Assembly: GCA_040391785.1 (NCBI GenBank)
Contig: JBEBXH010000027.1
Coordinates: 1,500 to 65,499, forward strand
DNA length: 64,000 nt
Direction: 5' to 3'
Source: Victivallis vadensis
Lineage (GTDB): Bacteria > Verrucomicrobiota > Lentisphaeria > Victivallales > Victivallaceae
Of this stretch, positions 1 to 6,912 are shown one piece after another; the stretch's first letter is position 1, and each line of letters opens with the position of its first letter. A program made the translations under genes and the position numbers. The notes beneath the pieces are model-generated. The model searched no databases and was not told the origin of the DNA. It saw only the letters and a list, made by a program, of their open reading frames with translations.

Positions 1-2
1 CG

Positions 3-404
3 AATACCTTGGGATACATCACGAATCGGCTTCTATACTGTTGTTGTGAAAATGAAGCGTTTATCTCCAAGGTGCTGATTGAAAATCAGATTGAAGTACC
101 CCATTTGATTCATGTCCGATATGGTGGTGGCTTTGGCGGTGCTTATGCTTCTGGAGAATATTTACTTCACTGCCTATCGACGCTGAAGGTCGAGCTGTTT
201 ATCACCGATCCGCATTTGAATGAGCAGAGCGGAGATAGAAAGGCATTGGAGGCATATCCTAATCTCAATGGGGAACGCCCTTCGCTAAATTTGCTATATA
301 AATTGAGAGGAAAATGCTGGTCGAATCATGGTACTGTTTCATGGTATTTATGTAAGAAAAATAATAATTCACGGAGCGATTTTGAGCAAGCCTTATATCT
401 TTAA
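3..404 (+). CDS. hypothetical protein, 5'-partial (frame is open to the window edge)
   Basis: ORF track 9..404. The first listed codon is TTG and the frame stays open upstream. I recognise no motif. It overlaps the next ORF by 77 nt in another frame. Confidence 0.35.
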   Translation, partial: NTLGYITNRLLYCCCENEAFISKVLIENQIEVPHLIHVRYGGGFGGAYASGEYLLHCLSTLKVELFITDPHLNEQSGDRKALEAYPNLNGERPSLNLLYKLRGKCWSNHGTVSWYLCKKNNNSRSDFEQALYL

Positions 405-1287
405 TAAGAGTGGTACTTGGTTTGATCCGTCAAGCGGAAAGCTCTACGAGTTCACCAAAAGTACCGTTTCCGTTATGGTTGCTTATCCTCAGCCGAAAGC
501 GTGGAAGAAAACGACCAAACGGTATCCGAACTGGACACGGTATCGACCATCATTGCACTGGCTTGACTCCAGACTCAAATATCATTTCGAAAAGCATGGT
601 GGTTATTCCGTGCTGGCGGTCAATGGCGAAGGCTATGACCTATACGATCCGTGGTTAAGGTGGTACTGCACAATTCCAGCAGAGATCCAAGTTCATCTGA
701 ATCTGTTCCGAACGCATAAGTGGCACATGCTGGCTTTTATGGCGTACGGAGGGCAAGCCGCTATTGATCTGGTGGCCGATAACCCTGCCTTAGCTTTTGC
801 CTTGGCATCGAATTGGATTTTTCATAAACCTGCCGTGCAACAGCCAATGCGTGCCGTTCACCGCCATCTACGTGCCAATAAATCACATGCGAGTATCATA
901 GCTTGGCTAGGGTTTTCATATCCGTGGAAAGCAGAGGTGATTTTGAAAAAACTGTCAGCTTCGGAAGTAAATGTTTCAAGATTACTGACCTTACGTGATA
1001 TGATGACTTCAACAGACGTAGTAAATATGCTCATGAAGCTACCTCGCTTGGACGGTGCAGTGATATATTTGTTGAGTCTGAAATCAAAAGGGTATCTTTC
1101 TCAGCGATTCATCAATGATTTCATGGCGATTGAAGGTACTCAACTTAATGAAGAAATCACCACTGCTCTTTCTGATTCCATCAAAATTCACGATGCATAT
1201 AAATTTTATCAGGAGTTTCCACGCATGGACTCGATCAGGCAGTTACTGCAGTACCGCAAGCAATTATCAGAGGAATTTGAACAGTGA
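328..1287 (+). CDS. hypothetical protein (319 aa), start uncertain
   Basis: Long ORF in AT-rich DNA. Its stop overlaps the next gene's start (GTGA at 1284-1287). No recognisable domain and no clear SD before 328. Confidence 0.45.
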   Translation: MVLFHGIYVRKIIIHGAILSKPYIFNKSGTWFDPSSGKLYEFTKSTVSVMVAYPQPKAWKKTTKRYPNWTRYRPSLHWLDSRLKYHFEKHGGYSVLAVNGEGYDLYDPWLRWYCTIPAEIQVHLNLFRTHKWHMLAFMAYGGQAAIDLVADNPALAFALASNWIFHKPAVQQPMRAVHRHLRANKSHASIIAWLGFSYPWKAEVILKKLSASEVNVSRLLTLRDMMTSTDVVNMLMKLPRLDGAVIYLLSLKSKGYLSQRFINDFMAIEGTQLNEEITTALSDSIKIHDAYKFYQEFPRMDSIRQLLQYRKQLSEEFEQ

Positions 1288-2141
1288 AAAACATAAAACG
1301 AATGGCTTTTGCATTTCTGGTATTGCTGAGCTGTGGATGGGATCATGCTCCTCAGTTTACTTCCGCTGAACTGACAACAGCCGAAAAGGAGCTGAACAAT
1401 GCCACAACTCAAGTAGAAATGACTGGTGCCGCTGGTGGTATTGCCGAATGCTCTCGGAATCTGATGCTGGAGGCTCTGGATTATCGGCTGTCTAAATTAT
1501 CAAAAACTGAGCGTAGCCAATTGTTACAGGAACAGTATGACTGGCATTTTTATATGCAACGCAGAAATTCTTATCCAATGGGAAAATTTTCAATGACTCC
1601 AATGTTGGGATATCTACGGGAAGCAAGCCGCCATAAATACCGCTTCGAGGAACTGGCTTGCCCGAATGATACTTATAATGCCTATCAGAAAATCAAAGAT
1701 GCCCCTATCAAGTTCAATAAATCGGCAAAACCATTATTCTGGGGTGAGCTGGATATTCATATTCCAAAAGATAAAAGGAAAACGGACTCCGCTGATCTGG
1801 AAACAGTAGGACAGCTCCTCCCACGATTCTGCCGTATTATCAAAAAAGACACTGATGAATACTGGATCGGGATCATCGTACCGACAAATTACAGCGTTGT
1901 TTCATCGTTCGGACTGGGAACCGAAACCAATCTTTGCATATGGAAGAATGGTCAAAACGTTGCCAATCACATTATCGGTAAAGAAATCACCATCAAGAAA
2001 CTGGAACTGAAAGGCAATATCATTATCATCCGCTACCGCCAAGATGAAAAACAATCGCCCATGATTGCTGAATTCAATCTGACTGCTGAAAATAAAAATG
2101 AGATTCAAATTAACCATTGGACAACGGAAACTAGTGAATAA
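1284..2141 (+). CDS. predicted lipoprotein (285 aa)
   Basis: The N-terminus MKNIKRMAFAFLVLLSCG has a signal peptide plus an LLSC lipobox. The GTG start is coupled to the upstream stop. The region after the signal loosely resembles DUF1311/LprI-like helices (weak). Confidence 0.55.
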   Translation: MKNIKRMAFAFLVLLSCGWDHAPQFTSAELTTAEKELNNATTQVEMTGAAGGIAECSRNLMLEALDYRLSKLSKTERSQLLQEQYDWHFYMQRRNSYPMGKFSMTPMLGYLREASRHKYRFEELACPNDTYNAYQKIKDAPIKFNKSAKPLFWGELDIHIPKDKRKTDSADLETVGQLLPRFCRIIKKDTDEYWIGIIVPTNYSVVSSFGLGTETNLCIWKNGQNVANHIIGKEITIKKLELKGNIIIIRYRQDEKQSPMIAEFNLTAENKNEIQINHWTTETSE

Positions 2142-2184
2142 TAATTAAATAATAATCCTAACCAAACGGAGGGTATTAATTACA

Positions 2185-2661
2185 ATGAGCACAAAAGAAA
2201 CTAAAAACGAAAAGGAACTAAAGCCAATGAACTCAAAAGAACTCAAAGCGAAATTTGAAAAAATTCAAGGACTAATAAATGACTATTATGCCGTCCCTGT
2301 ATTACGCTTTATAGAGCAAGAAGACGAACCTATATTTGAATCTGGAGTGGAACAGCCTCGTCATAACATGTGGAAATCTGATTCTGAGAATTGCATACTT
2401 TACTTTGGACGCAAAACCCCTATTAAAAATGAAGAAGATTGTGATCTGGATGAAGAAATCAAGAAACTGACGAACAATCCAGAATTAGCTGATATCATCG
2501 AAGAACAATATTTTTTTGATGGTAGCATAAATCTTATTTCAAGTGACTGTGGTGGAAAAACCCCAGAAGAAGCATTAGAAAAACTCGAAAAGCTCTGTGA
2601 GTTGCTCAAAAAAGATTACATTCTTATTTCTGAAATTAAGTATAAACTTGGCTGTTTTTGA
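2185..2661 (+). CDS. acidic hypothetical protein (158 aa)
   Basis: ATG is preceded by a GGAGGG SD at about 2168. The product is rich in D/E. The stop TGA lies in a T5 run, followed by an out-of-frame poly-Asp/Glu coding tract. Confidence 0.5.
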   Translation: MSTKETKNEKELKPMNSKELKAKFEKIQGLINDYYAVPVLRFIEQEDEPIFESGVEQPRHNMWKSDSENCILYFGRKTPIKNEEDCDLDEEIKKLTNNPELADIIEEQYFFDGSINLISSDCGGKTPEEALEKLEKLCELLKKDYILISEIKYKLGCF

Positions 2662-2674
2662 CAACGACGATCGG

Positions 2675-2710
2675 GATGATGATGATGATGACGAGGACGA
2701 TGATGAGGAA
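2675..2710 (+). repeat. GAT/GAC/GAG triplet tract; reads as repeated TGA stops in the frame of the upstream ORF
   Basis: Direct reading gives gatgatgatgatgatgacgaggacgatgatgaggaa. In one frame this encodes DDDDDDEDDDEE. Confidence 0.7.
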
Positions 2711-2780
2711 TAAGCAGCTCGAAATTTTCTTTTTGGTTGGTTCTGAATCTCAATTCAGAGATCGGACAAAATCGTAGATA

Positions 2781-2847
2781 TTAAAAAGTGTCTTTTCTGA
2801 GTTCTGCCTCCATCATCAGTATCTGCAGGCATGCTCAGAAAAGACAC
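2781..2847 (-). terminator. probable rho-independent terminator of the recombinase gene (perfect 14-bp inverted repeat)
   Basis: GTGTCTTTTCTGAG (2788-2801) pairs with CTCAGAAAAGACAC (2834-2847). An inner TGCCT/AGGCA pairing extends the stem. On the minus strand a TTTTTAA run follows. Confidence 0.5.
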
Positions 2848-2854
2848 ACGGAGA

Positions 2855-3430
2855 TTATTGATTCAGTAGCTGATGGACTCTGGTTCTGGATATCCCCACC
2901 GCCTTGGCAATTTCCGAAAGACTTTTCCCCTCTTGTCGCAAAGATAAAACTTTGGGAACATCGGCAATCTGAGGACGACCGAGTTTTTGGCCTTTGGCAC
3001 GAACACGGGCAAGTCCGACTTTGGTTCGTTCAGAGATCCGAATCCGCTCTTGTTTTGCCAAGCACGCCATGAGGCTGACGATAGCGTCGGCAAATACCCC
3101 CAATGAAGATATATATTCTTCGGTATAGGAATGCCACTTCACCTTGTAGTTATCGAGGCGAGTCAGGTAATCGAGGGTCTGCCGAGAACCTTCACGGCTA
3201 AAGCGGTCGAGACTCCAAAAGAGCAGAACGTCGAATTTTCTCTGCCTGGCTTTTTGAAAAACACTTTTCAAACCGGTACGTTCCTCTGCCGATTTACCAC
3301 CACTGGCAATATCACTGACAACGTCGATAATCTCCCATCCCTGTCGATCAGCGTACTCACGGAGTTGGCTAATTTGATTCTCGGTAGTCTGGTCTTCGGT
3401 ACTGACTCGGGTATAGATGATGCAACGCAT
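2855..3430 (-). CDS. small serine recombinase (resolvase/invertase family)
   Basis: MRCIIYTRVSTEDQ carries the catalytic Ser motif. The C-terminal HTH reads SLSEIAKAVGISRTRVHQLL. A GGAG SD lies 9 nt before the ATG at 3430. Confidence 0.9.
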   Translation of the reverse strand: MRCIIYTRVSTEDQTTENQISQLREYADRQGWEIIDVVSDIASGGKSAEERTGLKSVFQKARQRKFDVLLFWSLDRFSREGSRQTLDYLTRLDNYKVKWHSYTEEYISSLGVFADAIVSLMACLAKQERIRISERTKVGLARVRAKGQKLGRPQIADVPKVLSLRQEGKSLSEIAKAVGISRTRVHQLLNQ

Positions 3431-3560
3431 GTTTTTATTCTCCAATTTTTGCTGTTAAGAAATGGGTCTCAAAATGTCATCGAAATTGCCGCTTAAAATT
3501 CATCGATTCTCCGCTGTTCAGATTATGGTCGTTTTCTGTACAGCACCATCAAAAAAAATT

Positions 3561-4340
3561 TCACACCCTTCCATTTCGGATATGTTGCTGAAATAAAAAC
3601 GGTACGGACTGCCATTCCGTCAAATCCGAAATATTGAATCTGTAAATTCGCATGGAAGCAAGTTGCAATGACTGCCAACCGCCCATCGTTGCCGTAGCTT
3701 TGATCAGTGGAGCGGCTTCGCTGGAATAAATGATGCAACGGTATACTTTATGGTAAAGGAACGCTATGGGCATATTTCCAACGCCGACATAGATTGAATC
3801 TGGTTCAAGGCGGTTTATCAGCACAAAAGACATTGTACCTTCGAAATCACATAGGCTGTCAGCAAATTGCTCCATATCGAAGCCGCCATCAGATATACAA
3901 CTGTCAGCTAATCGAAATAGTGCCTCACTGTCCACTTGACCAATCCGCTTCCAACCATGCCGGGCAAACAAGGCATTATGGTTCAGGATAGTTCCGTTAT
4001 GAGTACCGACGCAACGATCAGTGATAATCGGATGGTTATTGACTGCGACCGATTCGCTACCGACAGTTCGCCAACGAGTATGACCAAGGGCAGCCGCAGA
4101 ATGATTATTGACCCCATTCATCATCCGTTGATATTCTGGACTCTGCGTGAGGCGGCTGGCCGAAGTCGCATGCTTCAGAACTCGACTACTACTATCTTTA
4201 TTGGAAATATACATGCCGCTGGCATCACGACCACGAGATTCATTATATAATAGAAGCTGAGTGAATACCGAAGTAAGGCTATTCAGCTCTCGCTGAGTTC
4301 GCCGCTTCTGTCCAAAGATTACGCCACATTGACCGCACAT
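3561..4340 (-). CDS. class-II (Ntn) glutamine amidotransferase domain protein
   Basis: N-terminal Met-Cys (MCGQCGVIF) supplies the nucleophile. GHTRWRTVG...NNHP and GTHNGTILN motifs are present. The start lies 1 nt after the stop of the upstream amidoligase gene. Confidence 0.75.
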   Translation of the reverse strand: MCGQCGVIFGQKRRTQRELNSLTSVFTQLLLYNESRGRDASGMYISNKDSSSRVLKHATSASRLTQSPEYQRMMNGVNNHSAAALGHTRWRTVGSESVAVNNHPIITDRCVGTHNGTILNHNALFARHGWKRIGQVDSEALFRLADSCISDGGFDMEQFADSLCDFEGTMSFVLINRLEPDSIYVGVGNMPIAFLYHKVYRCIIYSSEAAPLIKATATMGGWQSLQLASMRIYRFNISDLTEWQSVPFLFQQHIRNGRV

Positions 4341-4341
4341 A

Positions 4342-5238
4342 TCAGGCTACCTTCTTCGGCTTCGGAAGCCCATTCTTATATGAAGCACAGCCTGGCATAT
4401 ATTCCAAAAGGAAATGCCGCATGGTCTTGAACTCATCGCCAATAGCTCCAAGCCTCAGCAGATGAACTCTCATATCATATTTCGCCGTTGACGAATTGAA
4501 ACAACGTTTCTTACTGGCGGCGTACTGAACTTTCTCCGCACGATTGAGCAAGAGTAAGCAGTACTGCAGATAGGATTTTATCCTACCGGCATGAAGCGTC
4601 GATTCAAACCACCTGAACTCAATCGTACCACGATAAAACAACGAATGAAAGTTCACCCCATGATACCGTGAACTATGATAATGCTGGTGTTCTGCGGATT
4701 CGCCATTATACCATAACCGATTCAGATCGGTCAGGGTTTGCGGACGCTTCAAATTAATCTTCTCTATGAAATCCGTTTCCATGGGCTTGGTATACATCTC
4801 CATGCGATTGGAGGATATTTGCAGAGCATGGATAATCAGCGGTTCTTGCTTGTACACGATCTTGGCGAGATTGCCGAGTTGCCTCCCATTTAGGGAAAGA
4901 GCATCCACATGGACATGGATACCGCACGAACTGTTTACACGAGCTCTGCTCTTCCGAACCGCACGGATAACCTGCTGTAAGGTAGCGACATCATTGGGAT
5001 AAGTAAGGATAGGGCTGACGATCTCAGTATTTGCGGCTCCGATGCTCCGATCTCTGACCGCTTTCCAAGTGCGACCGTCAGCACAAGTACAGCTCCAAGC
5101 CTCATATATATCATCTTCATACTGGACATCACCGCCCACCACCTTCTGAATGGCAGAAATAGTGTCTTTTCTTGTCAAATTAATCGTCTCGATTTCAACT
5201 CCGAATCTCATTCCAGCCAATTCCGCTCTCTGATCCAT
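4342..5238 (-). CDS. Amidoligase_2 (glutamine-synthetase-like carboxylate-amine ligase) family protein
   Basis: Motifs seen: FGVEIE, EIVSP, CGIHVHVD, RYHGVNFHSL and GTIEFRWFESTL. I prefer the start at 5238 (GAGG SD); the track ORF extends to a TTG at 5307. Confidence 0.75.
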   Translation of the reverse strand: MDQRAELAGMRFGVEIETINLTRKDTISAIQKVVGGDVQYEDDIYEAWSCTCADGRTWKAVRDRSIGAANTEIVSPILTYPNDVATLQQVIRAVRKSRARVNSSCGIHVHVDALSLNGRQLGNLAKIVYKQEPLIIHALQISSNRMEMYTKPMETDFIEKINLKRPQTLTDLNRLWYNGESAEHQHYHSSRYHGVNFHSLFYRGTIEFRWFESTLHAGRIKSYLQYCLLLLNRAEKVQYAASKKRCFNSSTAKYDMRVHLLRLGAIGDEFKTMRHFLLEYMPGCASYKNGLPKPKKVA

Positions 5239-5562
5239 ATCTGCCTCATAATCATGGTTTTTGTCAATGCCAGACAATATCATCAAAATACGAAAAATCA
5301 AGCACAAAATAGATGTAAATCATTAATAATTAATATGTTGCAAATATTCACTATCGATACTGAAGATAATCTGATCTGGATAGGGGCGAATATCGCCATT
5401 TCGAGTTAAAATCAGGAGATACGCCAATAATCTGGATATAAAGAAAAGACACAATCTCTGAGGGCAGGACGAAGGCAGAATACTGCAGTTTTTACAAATT
5501 CGGAATGTGCCACCTAAAATCTAAAATTTCAATCTTATCCGACATATCAGCAGACGGCAGTG

Positions 5563-5648
5563 AAAAAATTTTCGGAAATTTTGGATTTTTGGGAAATAAC
5601 AATTTGGCTCTCTGTGCCTTTTTATCGATATTTACCGTAGGCTATAAT
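5563..5648 (+). promoter_or_regulatory. phased A/T tracts plus a candidate sigma70 promoter for the RT operon
   Basis: Four AnTnGG tracts lie at 5563-5607 with about 10-nt phasing. TATAAT is at 5643-5648, with a weak -35 (TTTATC) 16-17 nt upstream. Confidence 0.3.
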
Positions 5649-5720
5649 GCTATCTCCTTGTAAATGTTTGTAATAATGATATTTTACCATATCGTAATCA
5701 TTATATGGTGGGACATAAAA

Positions 5721-6911
5721 ATGTTGAAGCAAATATATTCTACTGAAAATTTGGCAAAAGTTATTAGAAAGAAACATATTGTTGCGTGGGAATTATGGAA
5801 TAACAATAGTCAAAAGCGAAAGAAACTAGAAGAATTAGTCTTAGCAATAGCTAATAATAATTATAAATTGAATGAAAACTTGAATTGCCAGATGTTTAAT
5901 GGCAAGCTTGCTTATTTCCCTGCATGCGCAGAAGATTTTTGTGCAATAAAACTTGCAGATTATTTTATCCGTAGAATATATAAGGTACAACAGGCAGATC
6001 GTAGAAAAATCATAAAACAGTTGAAAATTATGCTTACGGATGGGCTTCCTTATGGAATGATTAAATTGGATATATCCGATTTTTACGAGTCTATTGATTT
6101 TGGGAAGATTATTTCGCAAATTCAAGATGAAATGATTATTGGCCATGAAACGATTTTTATTTTACAATCTGTATTGGCGCAAATTGGAGATACAACGGGG
6201 CTTCCACGAGGGTTGGGAATCAGTGCTAGTTTATCTGAGATTTTCATGCGTTCAATAGATCGGGAAATTAGAAAAATTGAGGGAATATTTTTTTACGTTC
6301 GTTATGTAGATGATATCATCATTATTTATGATTGCAAATACGATATAACTTCTTTGATTAGTAATATATTGCATGATAACCATCTGTCGGAGAACGAGGG
6401 AAAAAGAAAAAATATAGTTATTAGCGAAACTCGAAGTAATGAGCATTATTTTGATTATCTTGGCTATAACTTCAAAATACAAGAAGGTAAAAGATCTAAT
6501 GAAATTACGGTGAAAATTGCTGAACGGAAAATAAATAAACAGAAAACACGAATTGCGTCAACTTTTATACATTATTCTAAAACTCATGATTTTTCTATGT
6601 TGAAAAGGCGACTTCGCTTTCTTAGTGGATTAGTTCTACTCAATGATGATGGGCGAGGGCGATTATATGCAGGAAATTCCTATAATTATAGTGAAATATC
6701 TGAGAATACATATTTATCCGAGCTTGATCAATATTTGTACTCAATTTTGTCCGGGAGTGGGCGCTTAGGAAGGAAAATTGAAAGATTATTAACCTCAGGA
6801 CAAAAGAATGAGCTAATGCGTATTTCATTCAGACAGGGCTACAATAAAAAATTTCATTTCTTTTATTCACGCAGTCAAGCGGCAGATATAAAGAAAGCCT
6901 GGGGAAAGTAG
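5721..6911 (+). CDS. reverse transcriptase 1 (compact, 396 aa); DRT3a/UG3-like by architecture
   Basis: RT motif A is KLDISDFYESID. Motif B is GLPRGLGISASLSEIFM. Motif C is YVRYVDDIIIIY (YVDD at 6303-6314). FDYLGYNF follows. A GGTGGG SD precedes the ATG at 5721. Confidence 0.85.
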   Translation: MLKQIYSTENLAKVIRKKHIVAWELWNNNSQKRKKLEELVLAIANNNYKLNENLNCQMFNGKLAYFPACAEDFCAIKLADYFIRRIYKVQQADRRKIIKQLKIMLTDGLPYGMIKLDISDFYESIDFGKIISQIQDEMIIGHETIFILQSVLAQIGDTTGLPRGLGISASLSEIFMRSIDREIRKIEGIFFYVRYVDDIIIIYDCKYDITSLISNILHDNHLSENEGKRKNIVISETRSNEHYFDYLGYNFKIQEGKRSNEITVKIAERKINKQKTRIASTFIHYSKTHDFSMLKRRLRFLSGLVLLNDDGRGRLYAGNSYNYSEISENTYLSELDQYLYSILSGSGRLGRKIERLLTSGQKNELMRISFRQGYNKKFHFFYSRSQAADIKKAWGK

Positions 6912-6912
6912 A

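Noticed and set aside
2659-2706. The run of in-frame TGA codons as a recoding signal (selenocysteine or read-through)
   Set aside because: The TGAs are simply a GAT-repeat read out of frame. No SECIS-like hairpin follows the first TGA. A frameshift or indel explanation is simpler.
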